NCBI GenBank assembly: GCA_015485125.1
Contig: WFUE01000115.1
Coordinates: forward strand, 1 to 50,217
Origin: Lysobacterales bacterium
Lineage (GTDB): Bacteria > Pseudomonadota > Gammaproteobacteria > Xanthomonadales > S139-57
DNA length: 50,217 bases
Reading direction: 5' to 3'
The notes beneath the pieces were generated by a model. It did no database searches. It was given only the letters and a program-made list of their open reading frames with translations, and was not told where the DNA came from. Of this stretch, positions 28,964 to 38,480 are shown piece after piece; the first letter of the stretch is position 1, and each line of letters begins with the position of its first letter. The translations under genes were made by a program, and so were the position numbers.

Positions 28964-29929
28964 TCACGGCAAGGGCTTGAGCTTCAGCTCCGCATCCGTG
29001 GCAGGCACAAAGCCATAGGAGGCGTAGATCTCTTGCGCTCGCTCGGTGCCCAGATAGGCCAGGTAGCGCATGGCATTATAGGGGTTACGCCCCGTTTTCA
29101 AGCTACCGATGGCATAACCCACCTTGTGCTGCATGTTGTAAGGAGCCGGAATGGACACGCCTTCCACGGCCCGCCCCTCGGCCTGCGCATGTTTCACCTC
29201 GGTCGTCCAGACAATCCCTACATCCGCCTTGCCCTGTTCGATGCGCCAGGGGGTCTCCCGGTGATGGCGGGAAGTGAACCAGGTCTTGCCCTCCACGGCC
29301 CAGCAGCTTTTGCACTTCTTCCCGCCAGTGACCTTATCGTGCAGCCCAAGATCTGCCAGCATCTGTGAGCCATAAAACTTGAAAATACCCTCGGTCAGCG
29401 GATTGGGGTGAGACTGCACCAGATCCTCCCGGGCCAGATCTTCCGGCCCCTTGATGCCCTTGGGATTGCCCTTGGCCACCATCAGCTCCAGCTTGTTGTG
29501 TGTATAGATCATGTAACTATGCATCAACCCCTTCTTCTTCAACTTCTTCAGGTGGCCCAGATTCACGCTGGCAAAGAGATCCGGGTTACGGGCCGTTTTC
29601 TTGCCCTGGATCGTGCCCTGCTTGAGAATCTGCCCCTTGAGGATCTGCCCCGGCGGGATGGTCTCTACATAGATGGTGGTGATATCCGGGTTCTTCTGCT
29701 GAAAGTCTCGAATCAACTCCTCCATGACCATGAACTGGTTGCCGGCCAGATACAGCACCAAATCGGCCGTGTAGGAATCCCCCACACGTCCATAGGCCAC
29801 GGGCTGGCCCACCGTAAAGGTACGATAGTCATGACCCAGCCCGGCCTCATCCGCCGCCTGAACCACAGTCTGCGTACTCAAACCCACACCACAAAGGGCC
29901 AGAAAGCCCAACATTGTCTTCTTCATCAT
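28964..29929 (-). CDS. Periplasmic ModA-like (type II PBP) oxyanion/solute-binding protein, with no partner permease or ATPase in the window
   Basis: 321 aa with signal peptide MMKKTMLGFLALCGVGLSTQTVVQA. LYLAGNQFMVMEELIRDFQQKNPDI and NPDLFASVN parallel the ModA AAGSL and DVFxSA motifs. SD is GAGGAGGGG. Confidence 0.6.
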   Translation of the reverse strand: MMKKTMLGFLALCGVGLSTQTVVQAADEAGLGHDYRTFTVGQPVAYGRVGDSYTADLVLYLAGNQFMVMEELIRDFQQKNPDITTIYVETIPPGQILKGQILKQGTIQGKKTARNPDLFASVNLGHLKKLKKKGLMHSYMIYTHNKLELMVAKGNPKGIKGPEDLAREDLVQSHPNPLTEGIFKFYGSQMLADLGLHDKVTGGKKCKSCWAVEGKTWFTSRHHRETPWRIEQGKADVGIVWTTEVKHAQAEGRAVEGVSIPAPYNMQHKVGYAIGSLKTGRNPYNAMRYLAYLGTERAQEIYASYGFVPATDAELKLKPLP

Positions 29930-30065
29930 ATCCCCTCCTCATCATGAATTTGCCAGATTGGCTTCAGTCAGATGCCTCATCGTGGAACTTTTATTCCCGC
30001 CAGCCATCCACCATCCGTGGCTGTTATACTTCGCGCTCATTACGGAATCCGAAACCCGCACACCC

Positions 30066-32426
30066 ATGCCCCGCCTCAAACGCATCGTTCGAAACTTGTT
30101 CCTGCTCGGCATCCTCGCTGCCGTACTGGGCGCCGTGGCGCTGGGTGTGCTCTATCAACTGATCAGCCCCAAGTTGCCCACCGCCGATCAAATGCGCAAT
30201 GTGCAGTTCCAGATTCCACTGCGGGTCTATAGCGCTGACGGCAAGCTGATCAGTGTCTTCGGAGAAAAACGCCGCATCCCCGTCAAGCTGGAAGCCATTC
30301 CCCGCAACTTGCAGCTGGCCTTCATTGCCGGTGAGGATGACCGCTTCTACCAGCATCCCGGCGTGGACTACGAAGGCATCCTGCGGGCCGTCTGGTACCT
30401 GATTCGCACCGGCCACAAGGGCCCTGGCGGCAGCACCATCACCATGCAGCTGGCACGCAATTTCTTTCTCAGCTTCGAGCAGACCTACAGCCGCAAGCTG
30501 ACCGAAATTTTTCTGGCGCTGAAGATGGAGCATTACTTCAGCAAGGACGAGATTCTCGAACTCTATCTGAACAAGATCTACCTGGGTCACCGCGCCTACG
30601 GCGTGGCCGCCGCGGCACAGGTCTACTATGGCAAGAAGCTATCCGAGCTGACCCTGCCGGAAATGGCCATGATCGCCGCCCTGCCCAAGGCCCCGTCCCG
30701 CATCAACCCCATCAGCAACCCCAGGCGCGCCCTGCAACGGCGCAATTATGTGCTCGGGCGCATGCACGAACTGGGCTTCATCGATGAAAACCAGTGGAAG
30801 ACCGCTGTGCAAACCCCGGACCGGGCCTATTCTCACGGGCCGGTGGTCGAGTTTGAAGCGCCCTATGTGGCGGAAATCGCCCGTACCCAGGTGGTCAACA
30901 TCCTGGGCAAGAAGGCATATACCGAAGGCTACAATGTCCATACCACCATGAACAGCCATCTGCAGCGCACCGCCATCCGTGCCTTGCGCAAGGGGCTGGA
31001 AGCCTACGACCGCCGCCATGGCTGGCGTGGCGCCGAAGCACATGTGCAGCTGGGCGAGAACGAAACCCCGGCACAATGGAACGAACACCTCAAGCCCTTC
31101 CGCCCCGTGGCCGGGCTGGTACCGGGACTGGTGGTGGAAATGGACGAAAACCTGGCCCTGATCTACCTGCGCGACGGGCAGACCATTCCGGTCACGCTGG
31201 AACAGGCCGCCTGGGCCCGCCCCTACAAGGACCGCAACCACCGTGGCCCACGACCCAAGAACCTGTATGACATTTTTCAGCCGGGCGACATCATTCGCCT
31301 CAAACGCGGAGAAGATGGCAATTGGCTGCTGGCCCAGATTCCCGAAGTACAGGGCGCGCTGGTGTCGCTGAACCCGGAAAATGGTGCCATCCAGGCACTG
31401 GTGGGTGGCTACGACTTCCACCTGAGCAAATTCAACCGGGTCACCCAGGCCGAGCGGCAACCGGGTTCCAGCTTCAAACCCATCATCTATTCCGCCGCCC
31501 TGGAGAAGGGCTACACCGCCGCCAGCCTGATCAACGATGCACCGGTGGTCTTCGACGACCCGGCACTGGAGAAGGCCTGGCGACCGGAAAACTACTCACA
31601 GAAATTTTTCGGCCCCACGCGTCTGCGCGAGGCCATGACCCATTCCCGCAATCTGGTTTCCATCCGTCTGCTGCGAGCCATCGGCCCCGCCTACGCCGCC
31701 AGTTACGCGCGCCGTTTCGGCTTCGAACCGGACAAGCTGCCCCATGACCTCTCGCTGGCACTGGGTTCCGCCTCGGTGCCACCCCTGAGCATGGCCCGTG
31801 CCTATGCCACCCTGGCCAACGGCGGCTACCTTATCGACCCCTATCTGGTCGATCGCATCGAAAATGCCGATGGCGAAACCCTGTACCGCAGCCCACGGGT
31901 GATTGCCTGCCGCGGCGATTGCAGCGGGCAGACCGATCCTCGTGCCGAGCAGACACTGGACCCGGCCAATGCCTACATCATCACCAGCATCATGCAGGAT
32001 GTCATCCGCCGGGGTACCGGCAAGAAAGCCCGCCAGCTGGGTCGTGCCGATCTCGCGGGCAAGACCGGCACCACCAATGACCAGCGGGATGCCTGGTTCT
32101 CCGGTTTCAACCCGAAAGTGGTCACCACCACCTGGGTGGGCTTCGACCAGCTTAGCCCGCTGGGCCGGGGGGAAGTGGGCGGCCGCGCCGCTCTGCCCAT
32201 CTGGATCGACTACATGCGCGAGGCGTTGAAGACCATTCCGGAAACCCCGTTCCAGCGCCCGGACGAGCTGATTTCCATCCGTATCAACCGCAAGACCGGG
32301 CAACCCACCAGCGCGGATGACCCCGACAGCATGATCGAGATCTTCCGGCCGCAATATGCCCCCAAGGTGGACGATCCCAAGCAGGAAAACCCCAACACCG
32401 ACCAGAAAGACTACGACATTTTCTGA
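30066..32426 (+). CDS. mrcA: Penicillin-binding protein 1A (bifunctional glycosyltransferase/transpeptidase)
   Basis: Starts MPRLKRIVRNLFLL, inside ORF 29958..32426. The GT51 motif is EDDRFYQHPGVD. The transpeptidase motifs are SSFKP and KTGTTND. Confidence 0.92.
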   Translation: MPRLKRIVRNLFLLGILAAVLGAVALGVLYQLISPKLPTADQMRNVQFQIPLRVYSADGKLISVFGEKRRIPVKLEAIPRNLQLAFIAGEDDRFYQHPGVDYEGILRAVWYLIRTGHKGPGGSTITMQLARNFFLSFEQTYSRKLTEIFLALKMEHYFSKDEILELYLNKIYLGHRAYGVAAAAQVYYGKKLSELTLPEMAMIAALPKAPSRINPISNPRRALQRRNYVLGRMHELGFIDENQWKTAVQTPDRAYSHGPVVEFEAPYVAEIARTQVVNILGKKAYTEGYNVHTTMNSHLQRTAIRALRKGLEAYDRRHGWRGAEAHVQLGENETPAQWNEHLKPFRPVAGLVPGLVVEMDENLALIYLRDGQTIPVTLEQAAWARPYKDRNHRGPRPKNLYDIFQPGDIIRLKRGEDGNWLLAQIPEVQGALVSLNPENGAIQALVGGYDFHLSKFNRVTQAERQPGSSFKPIIYSAALEKGYTAASLINDAPVVFDDPALEKAWRPENYSQKFFGPTRLREAMTHSRNLVSIRLLRAIGPAYAASYARRFGFEPDKLPHDLSLALGSASVPPLSMARAYATLANGGYLIDPYLVDRIENADGETLYRSPRVIACRGDCSGQTDPRAEQTLDPANAYIITSIMQDVIRRGTGKKARQLGRADLAGKTGTTNDQRDAWFSGFNPKVVTTTWVGFDQLSPLGRGEVGGRAALPIWIDYMREALKTIPETPFQRPDELISIRINRKTGQPTSADDPDSMIEIFRPQYAPKVDDPKQENPNTDQKDYDIF

Positions 32427-32433
32427 AGATGCG

Positions 32434-33054
32434 ATGAAACCAACCAAGCCCGCATCCACCCTGAAGCAACAGCTGGCCGCGGAAGCCGCACGCCTGCTTT
32501 GCAACGGAGACACCCATGACCTGCAACAGGCCAAGCTCAAGGCCGCGGCCCGGCTCTGCCCCGGCCTGCGCGCGCCCATGCCGGACAACCGCATGGTGGA
32601 ACAGGAAATGCGGCGCTATCGCCAGTTTTTTGCCGGAAAACATCACCAGCAGACCCGTCTTGCACTGATGCGACAGGCCCGCGAAGCCATGGTTTTTCTG
32701 GCTGTTTTCCAGCCACGGCTGATGGGCAGCATCGTACAGGATACCGCCACCCCGGACAGCAGCATCGACCTGCTCTGCCACACCGAAATCCCCGGCGAAG
32801 TCGGTGCATTTCTGGATCAGAATCAGATCGACTATCAATCCGACAGCCGTCTGCTGGGCTTCAGCAATGACGAGGATTGCCTGCTGCCCACCTACCGCTT
32901 TCTGGCAGGCGAACATCCCGTGCAGATCACGGAAATACCGGCCAATTTGCAGCACCACCGTATTGTCAGCGGCAACCTGCGTCAGCGGGTGGAAACCTGG
33001 AATCGCCACCGGCTGGAAGAAGCCCTGGCGAAAGCCGAACAGTCTCCAGCCTGA
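32434..33054 (+). CDS. Conserved hypothetical protein with a minimal nucleotidyltransferase-fold motif
   Basis: 206 aa starting MKPTKPAS, inside ORF 32356..33054. RLMGSIVQDTATPDSSIDLL fits the GS-x(9-11)-[DS]-x-D Pol-beta-type NTase pattern. Confidence 0.45.
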   Translation: MKPTKPASTLKQQLAAEAARLLCNGDTHDLQQAKLKAAARLCPGLRAPMPDNRMVEQEMRRYRQFFAGKHHQQTRLALMRQAREAMVFLAVFQPRLMGSIVQDTATPDSSIDLLCHTEIPGEVGAFLDQNQIDYQSDSRLLGFSNDEDCLLPTYRFLAGEHPVQITEIPANLQHHRIVSGNLRQRVETWNRHRLEEALAKAEQSPA

Positions 33055-33064
33055 ACCGGCACAC

Positions 33065-33095
33065 ACAAAAAAGCCCGGCAATGCCGGGCTTTTTC
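33065..33095. terminator. Bidirectional intrinsic terminator between the convergent NTase-like gene and gltA
   Basis: AAAAAA-AGCCCGGC-AAT-GCCGGGCT-TTTTT. The 8-bp stem is perfect and is flanked by A and T runs on both sides. Confidence 0.8.
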
Positions 33096-33114
33096 AGGAG
33101 GCTTACGCTGCTGC

Positions 33115-34404
33115 TCAGCGCTGATCCATGGGTACATAATCCCGCGTGTCATGGCCGGTATAGACCTGACGCGGGCGGCCGATACGGGCATCGGGCGTCT
33201 CGTGCTGTTCCAGCCAGTGGGCCACCCAGCCGGCGGTACGGGCGATGGTGAACATCACGGTAAACATGTTCACCGGAATGTTCAGGGCCTTGTAGATGAT
33301 GCCGGAATAAAAATCCACATTCGGGTACAGCTTGCGTTCGATGAAGTATTCGTCTTCCAGGGCGATGCGCTCCAGTTCCATGGCCAGATCCAGCATGGGG
33401 TCGTCGATGCCCAGATCGTTGAGCACCTCGTGGCACATGCTGCGGATGATGGCGGCACGCGGGTCGTAGTTCTTGTACACCCGGTGGCCAAAGCCCATCA
33501 AGCGGAAGGGGTCGTCCTTGTCCTTGGCCCGTGCGATGAACTCGGGCACCCGATCCACATGGCCGATCTCATCCAGCATCTTCAGCACCGCCTCGTTGGC
33601 ACCGCCATGGGCCGGCCCCCAGAGCGCACCAATGCCGGCCGCCACGCAGGCGTAGGGGTTGGCGCCGGTGCTGCCTACCAGCCGTACCGTGGAAGTACTG
33701 GCGTTCTGCTCGTGATCGGCATGGAGAATGAACAGCAGGTTCAGCGCCTTGGCGGCCACCGGATTGATTTCATAGGGTTCGGAAGGCACCGAGAACATCA
33801 TGTCCAGCAAACGCTCGGAGAAATCCAGCGAATTCTTGGGATAGACCGCCGGCCAGCCGATGGAACGGCGATAGGCCAGGGCCGCGATGGTGGGCATCTT
33901 GGCGATCATGCGAATGGCCGACAGGTTGCGATCGGCCGGATTGAACATATCCAGTGAGTCATGATAGAAGCCGGCCAGCGAACCCACCACGCCCATCAGC
34001 ATGGCCATGGGGTGGGCATCGTAGTGGAAGCCTTCCAGGAAATAACGCACCGCCTCGTGCACCATGGTGTGCTGGCGCACTTCCCGGTCGAAACACTCGA
34101 ACTCCCGCTGGCTGGGCAAATCGCCATAGAGCAGCAGGTAAGCCACTTCCATGAAATTGCTCTTTTCCGCCAGCTGGTCAATGGGATAACCACGATAGAG
34201 CAGAATGCCCTTGTCACCATCGATATAGGTGATGTCACTCTGGCAACTGGCCGTGGCGCCAAAACCCGGATCGTAGGTCCAATAGCCCAGCTCACGGGGC
34301 AGCTTGGCAATTTCGATGGCAGGCGCGCCCAGGGTGGGCTCGCGCAGGGGCAAATCCGTCTGTTTGCCTGTTTGGGGGTCAATGATCTGAACCGTCTTGC
34401 TCAT
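33115..34404 (-). CDS. gltA: Type II citrate synthase
   Basis: 429 aa, typical hexameric-type GltA ([28 protein letters not shown]). Confidence 0.95.
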   Translation of the reverse strand: MSKTVQIIDPQTGKQTDLPLREPTLGAPAIEIAKLPRELGYWTYDPGFGATASCQSDITYIDGDKGILLYRGYPIDQLAEKSNFMEVAYLLLYGDLPSQREFECFDREVRQHTMVHEAVRYFLEGFHYDAHPMAMLMGVVGSLAGFYHDSLDMFNPADRNLSAIRMIAKMPTIAALAYRRSIGWPAVYPKNSLDFSERLLDMMFSVPSEPYEINPVAAKALNLLFILHADHEQNASTSTVRLVGSTGANPYACVAAGIGALWGPAHGGANEAVLKMLDEIGHVDRVPEFIARAKDKDDPFRLMGFGHRVYKNYDPRAAIIRSMCHEVLNDLGIDDPMLDLAMELERIALEDEYFIERKLYPNVDFYSGIIYKALNIPVNMFTVMFTIARTAGWVAHWLEQHETPDARIGRPRQVYTGHDTRDYVPMDQR

Positions 34405-34460
34405 GAGGGCTCCTTCGAAAACGATGGTTTTGGCCGGTTGACCCGGCTAAAGGGGCGCTG

Positions 34461-34469
34461 ATTATATCA
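34461..34469 (-). promoter_or_regulatory. Putative extended -10 element of the gltA promoter
   Basis: The minus strand reads TGATATAAT, about 55 nt upstream of the gltA ATG. The ATG itself has a GAAGGAG SD. Confidence 0.4.
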
Positions 34470-34503
34470 CATTGGAGATAGGCTGCTGCCGGTAAGACGG
34501 GCA

Positions 34504-34537
34504 CAAAAAAACCCGGACACCAGGGCCCGGGTTTTTG
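34504..34537 (-). terminator. Intrinsic terminator of rpmE2
   Basis: Minus strand: AAACCCGG, a 10-nt loop, CCGGGTTT, then TTTTTTT. It starts about 20 nt after the stop. Confidence 0.7.
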
Positions 34538-34555
34538 GCAAGCCTTGAACCAGTC

Positions 34556-34798
34556 TCAGCGGCTGTAGCGCTGGCGGAACTTGTCCACCCGGCCGCCGGA
34601 GTCGACGATCTTGTGCTTGCCGGTGTAGAACGGGTGGGACTTGCTGGAAATTTCCACCTTCACCAGCGGGTATTCGTTGCCGTCTTCCCAGGTGATGGTT
34701 TCCTTGGTCTTGATGGTGGAGCGGGTCAAGATCTTGAAATCGCTCGAAATGTCCTGAAACACCACTTCGCGGTATTCCGGATGAATGTCTGGCTTCAT
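34556..34798 (-). CDS. rpmE2: 50S ribosomal protein L31, type B (Cys-less, zinc-independent paralogue)
   Basis: 80 aa: [28 protein letters not shown]...[26 protein letters not shown]. It contains no cysteine at all. It lies inside the longer ORF 34556..35101. Confidence 0.9.
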   Translation of the reverse strand: MKPDIHPEYREVVFQDISSDFKILTRSTIKTKETITWEDGNEYPLVKVEISSKSHPFYTGKHKIVDSGGRVDKFRQRYSR

Positions 34799-34842
34799 GT
34801 TCCTGCGCCTCGAATCAAAGGTTAAAGCGGAAAAGGCGGGCG

Positions 34843-34870
34843 ATTGTAGCATGTCTGCCCACAAATTCAA
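34843..34870 (-). promoter_or_regulatory. Putative sigma70 promoter of rpmE2
   Basis: Minus strand: TTGAAT (34870-34865), 16 nt, TACAAT (34848-34843). It lies about 45 nt upstream of the ATG. Confidence 0.45.
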
Positions 34871-34941
34871 GCACCGATTGACTGGCAAAAGGCGTTTGCG
34901 GGCCGGGCTCCCGTGCCTTTTGGGTATTGCCCTGTGCAGAT

Positions 34942-34960
34942 GAGAATCATTAGCATTCTC
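34942..34960. promoter_or_regulatory. Fur-family-type (Fur/Zur-like) 19-bp palindromic operator candidate
   Basis: GAGAATCATTAGCATTCTC has 6-bp perfect inverted arms, GAGAAT and ATTCTC. By my count it matches the classical Fur box GATAATGATAATCATTATC at 13 of 19 positions. It ends 28 nt before the MoxR ATG and overlaps a possible -10 (TAGCAT) paired with TTGCCC as -35. Confidence 0.45.
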
Positions 34961-34988
34961 TCCTTGTCGATCAACACGAGTCAAACCC

Positions 34989-36029
34989 ATGCGTCCCGCA
35001 CAACTGCTGAAGATTCTGGACAACGAGTTTACCGGCACCCGCAAGGGCTGGCATACCCCGGTAATGCTCTGGGGCCCGCCGGGTGTGGGCAAGTCGGACA
35101 TGATCCACCAGGTCGGCCAGCGTCATCAGGTGCCGGTCATCGACATTCGCCTGTCACAGATGGAACCTTCCGACCTGCGTGGCATTCCCTTTCGGGTGGA
35201 AGACCGGGTGGAATGGGCCATTCCCGCCCTGCTGCCCGATGCACAGCGCCACGGGCCGGCGGGCATCCTCTTTCTGGACGAGATCACCTCGGCGCCGCCC
35301 AGCGTCTCCGCCGCCGCCTACCAGCTCATCCTCGACCGGCGGCTGGGCGAGTATCAGGTCCCGGAAGGCTGGGCCATTTTCGCCGCCGGCAACCGCCAGG
35401 GCGACCGGGGCGTGACCTACACCATGCCCGCGCCGCTGGCCAACCGTTTCTCCCACTACGAAGTGGATGTCAACCTGGACGACTGGGTGGCCTGGGCCTA
35501 CGCCAACGACATCGACGACCGGGTCATCGGCTTCCTGCGCTTTCGCCCCGAACGGCTGTTCGACTTCGACCCGGCACACAACCCGGTGGCCTTTCCCTCG
35601 CCCCGCTCCTGGGCCTTCGCCCACCGTGCGTTGCAAAAGTTCGCTGATCAGCCGGACATTCTCGCCGGCGCCCTGCAAGCCTGCGTGGGCACATCCGCCG
35701 GCATGGAACTGAAGACCTATGTGGACAGCCTGGACCAGATGCCCGATCTGGATGCCATCCTTCGTGGCGAGAGCCGGGAAATGCCGAAATCACTGGATTT
35801 GCAATATGCCGTGGCCGCCGCACTGGTGGGCCGGGCCATCAAGGCACTTCAGCAGGAAGGCTGGCAGGAAGCCGTGGGCCACATTCTCGACTACGCCCGC
35901 CGTTTCAAGGCCCGGGAGATGGGCGTGATGCTGGTGGCCGATCTGCACCGGGCCATTGGCGAAAACCTGTTCCAGGTACCCCAGTTCGACAACTGGGCCA
36001 ATGACATGGCCGACATCCTGCTGAACTGA
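34989..36029 (+). CDS. MoxR-like AAA+ ATPase (AAA_5 / CobS-like type)
   Basis: 346 aa. Walker A is WGPPGVGKS and Walker B is GILFLDEIT. It has one AAA+ module plus a helical lid. It is the first gene of a tightly packed three-gene operon. Confidence 0.85.
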   Translation: MRPAQLLKILDNEFTGTRKGWHTPVMLWGPPGVGKSDMIHQVGQRHQVPVIDIRLSQMEPSDLRGIPFRVEDRVEWAIPALLPDAQRHGPAGILFLDEITSAPPSVSAAAYQLILDRRLGEYQVPEGWAIFAAGNRQGDRGVTYTMPAPLANRFSHYEVDVNLDDWVAWAYANDIDDRVIGFLRFRPERLFDFDPAHNPVAFPSPRSWAFAHRALQKFADQPDILAGALQACVGTSAGMELKTYVDSLDQMPDLDAILRGESREMPKSLDLQYAVAAALVGRAIKALQQEGWQEAVGHILDYARRFKAREMGVMLVADLHRAIGENLFQVPQFDNWANDMADILLN

Positions 36030-36030
36030 A

Positions 36031-37323
36031 ATGGCTGATCTGGAACGGGTGGAACAGAAGCTCAGCGCGGCTCGTACCCGCCTGATTCTCGACCGGCCCT
36101 TTCTGGGCGCGCTGGTGCTGCGCCTGCCGCTGGTGGCCGCCGACCCCAAGTGGTGCCCCACCACCGGCACGGACGCCCGCAAGTTCTACTACAACCCGGA
36201 TTACATCTGGCAGCTGAACGACTCCGAGCTGCAATTCGTGCTCGCTCACGAGGCCCTGCACTGCGGCCTGCTGCACTTCGCCCGCCGCAATGGCCGCACC
36301 CAGCACCTGTGGGACATCGCCTGCGACTACGCCGTCAACCCGCTGCTGATCAACGAAGGCCTGCAAGCCCCGCCCAACGCGCCCTGGCTGCGGGAATACG
36401 AAAACATGACCGCCGAGGAAATCTACCCTCTGCTCGGTGACAACGAAAACGACATGGAGACCATGGACAAGCACCTCTACGATCAGGGCGAAGGGGGGCA
36501 GAAAGGGAATGACAGCAAGGGCGAAGGCGAATCCGACCAGGAAAAACAGGGCCGGGGCAAGTCACCGGAAGAAGGTGGCGAGCAGGGGCAAAAACCCGAA
36601 GCGGACAACCAGAGCGATGCCGAGGGCCGGGCCAACCCGCGCGAGGCCGAGGGCGGGCTGGCTGCCGAACCCAGACCACTTTCCGAACGGGAAAAGCAGG
36701 ATCTGGCCGAACAATGGCAACAGCGACTGGCCGGCGCGGCCCAGCAGGCCATTCAGGCCGGCAAACTGGGAGAGAACTGGGTACGGCTGGTGGACCACTT
36801 GCTGGAGCCGCAACTGCCCTGGCAGGCACTGCTGGCCCGCTACATGACCGCCACTGCCCGCGACGACTACAGCTGGCAGCGGCCCAATACCCGCCGCGAG
36901 GGGCCGGCCATCTTTCCCAGCCTGCGCAACGGCCAGGTGGATGTCACCGTGGCCATCGACGTCTCCGGCTCCGTTTCCGACAGCGAGCTACAGGCCTTTC
37001 TCGGCGAAATCAACGCCATCAAGAGCCAGATCAATGCGCGCATTACCCTGCTGGCCTGTGACGCAAAACTCAGCGAGGGCGCGCCCTGGACCTTCGAGCC
37101 CTGGGAAGAATGCCGCCTGCCGGAGAAACTCAAGGGCGGCGGCGGCACGGATTTTCGCCCGGTTTTCCACTGGCTGGAACAACAGGATCAGGCACCGGAT
37201 CTGCTGGTGTGGTTTACCGACGCGCAGGGGCGATTTCCGGAGCAGGAACCCCATTGTCCGGTATTATGGCTGGTGAAGGGGCGCGCGCCGGTGCCCTTTG
37301 GTCAACGCATCCAACTGAACTGA
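36031..37323 (+). CDS. HExxH putative metallopeptidase domain fused to a VWA domain (DUF2201-type)
   Basis: 430 aa. HEALH is at nt 36247-36261. An acidic/Gly-rich linker of about 80 aa follows. The VWA domain has a MIDAS motif, DVSGS, at nt 36958-36972, and a downstream WFTDAQG. It starts 1 nt after the MoxR stop. Confidence 0.8.
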   Translation: MADLERVEQKLSAARTRLILDRPFLGALVLRLPLVAADPKWCPTTGTDARKFYYNPDYIWQLNDSELQFVLAHEALHCGLLHFARRNGRTQHLWDIACDYAVNPLLINEGLQAPPNAPWLREYENMTAEEIYPLLGDNENDMETMDKHLYDQGEGGQKGNDSKGEGESDQEKQGRGKSPEEGGEQGQKPEADNQSDAEGRANPREAEGGLAAEPRPLSEREKQDLAEQWQQRLAGAAQQAIQAGKLGENWVRLVDHLLEPQLPWQALLARYMTATARDDYSWQRPNTRREGPAIFPSLRNGQVDVTVAIDVSGSVSDSELQAFLGEINAIKSQINARITLLACDAKLSEGAPWTFEPWEECRLPEKLKGGGGTDFRPVFHWLEQQDQAPDLLVWFTDAQGRFPEQEPHCPVLWLVKGRAPVPFGQRIQLN

Positions 37324-37330
37324 GGTCATC

Positions 37331-38437
37331 ATGGAACTGGCATCCCAGGACACCCTGCGGCTGAATGTCCTGCTACGGCAGAACCTGCAGGCCCTGCGCA
37401 TCGACGAATCACGCATGCAGGTCATCGGCCTGACCGATGACGGTGAAAAGCGTGTGCAGCTCAATCCCAACTGCCAGGACGAAACCTATCTCAAACTGGT
37501 GCGCCAGCTGATCTCCTCCCATGTACTGGGCTCGCCCGGCGGCTATCCGGTCTATATCAAGCGCTGGACCCGCATGGGCCAGGCCCGCAGCACCCAGATT
37601 GACAAACTGCTGCTGCTGGGGGAGCCGGAGGCGGTCACCGCCGCCGTTTACACACCGGAGATCTCCCCTGAACTGGCCCGCCGGGCCTGGTGGTGCAGCC
37701 AGTCATCGGAAAACGCCCGCGAACTACTGCGCCGGCCGGCCATCGTTACCGATCCGCTGGGGCGGGAACTGGCCGCCCACCTGCTGGAATTCCTGCCCTT
37801 CGAAACCGAGGCACGGGATGTGATGAACACCGTAGCCCTGATTCTGCAGCCGGGCCTGCTGGACAAGTCACAACAGGAAAAACTGTGGAAGCAGGGTCAA
37901 CGCAAAAATGCCTATCGGGCCGGCTTTCTGCTGGCCGGGGCGGAAGTGCTGCCCGAACGCCGTCCGGCCCGGACACTGGAAGAGGAAGAACAGCAACGGC
38001 TGGAAGCGCTGGCCGGGCAAGGCAACCTGGCTGCCCGCCGTCTCCAGCGCGCCTTCAGCGAGGACGGGCAGACCTTTCTCGCCGAATTCGACCGTACCTG
38101 CGAGAAACTGGCGGATCAGGATGTGACCATCGCCCTGTTCAACCGGCTGGGACAGTTTCTGCAACCACGCATTGCTGCTCCGGGCCACCGTCACTGGGAC
38201 GCTCTGGAGGCCTGTTGCAATGAAAGCGATGAGGATCGGGAACATCTGCTGCGGGCCCTGCCGGAACAAGCAGCCTCCATCGCCGCTTGCGAACGGCTGG
38301 CCCAGGTCAACGAGAACCTGCTGGACCCCATCTTTGGCGGCTCGGATGCGCTGGGCTCGGTGATGCGCAAGCAACTGAAACCGGTGATGGAACCCTTGCG
38401 TGACTGCCTGAAAACCCTGTTTAAACCTGCCGGCTGA
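37331..38437 (+). CDS. Hypothetical alpha-helical protein, third gene of the MoxR-VWA operon
   Basis: 368-aa ORF starting 7 nt after the VWA gene stop. Codon usage and GC match its neighbours. I see no signal peptide, TM helix or recognisable catalytic motif. Confidence 0.7.
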   Translation: MELASQDTLRLNVLLRQNLQALRIDESRMQVIGLTDDGEKRVQLNPNCQDETYLKLVRQLISSHVLGSPGGYPVYIKRWTRMGQARSTQIDKLLLLGEPEAVTAAVYTPEISPELARRAWWCSQSSENARELLRRPAIVTDPLGRELAAHLLEFLPFETEARDVMNTVALILQPGLLDKSQQEKLWKQGQRKNAYRAGFLLAGAEVLPERRPARTLEEEEQQRLEALAGQGNLAARRLQRAFSEDGQTFLAEFDRTCEKLADQDVTIALFNRLGQFLQPRIAAPGHRHWDALEACCNESDEDREHLLRALPEQAASIAACERLAQVNENLLDPIFGGSDALGSVMRKQLKPVMEPLRDCLKTLFKPAG

Positions 38438-38480
38438 AAAGCCCTTCCGTGGGCACTTTCGGCGCAGCGGCCGTTTCAGC

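Noticed and set aside
28753-28980. 75-aa plus-strand ORF in the AT-rich pilM upstream spacer.
   Set aside because: Its composition is unlike any real gene in the window. It runs through the terminator hairpin and into the 3' end of the binding-protein gene. The region is better explained as the pilM promoter/spacer.
34883-34899. Sigma54-like element CTGGCAAAAGGCGTTTGCG between rpmE2 and the MoxR gene.
   Set aside because: The GG-to-GC spacing is 12 nt rather than the required 10, so it does not fit the -24/-12 geometry. It is more likely part of a small inverted repeat (GCAAA-N5-TTTGC).
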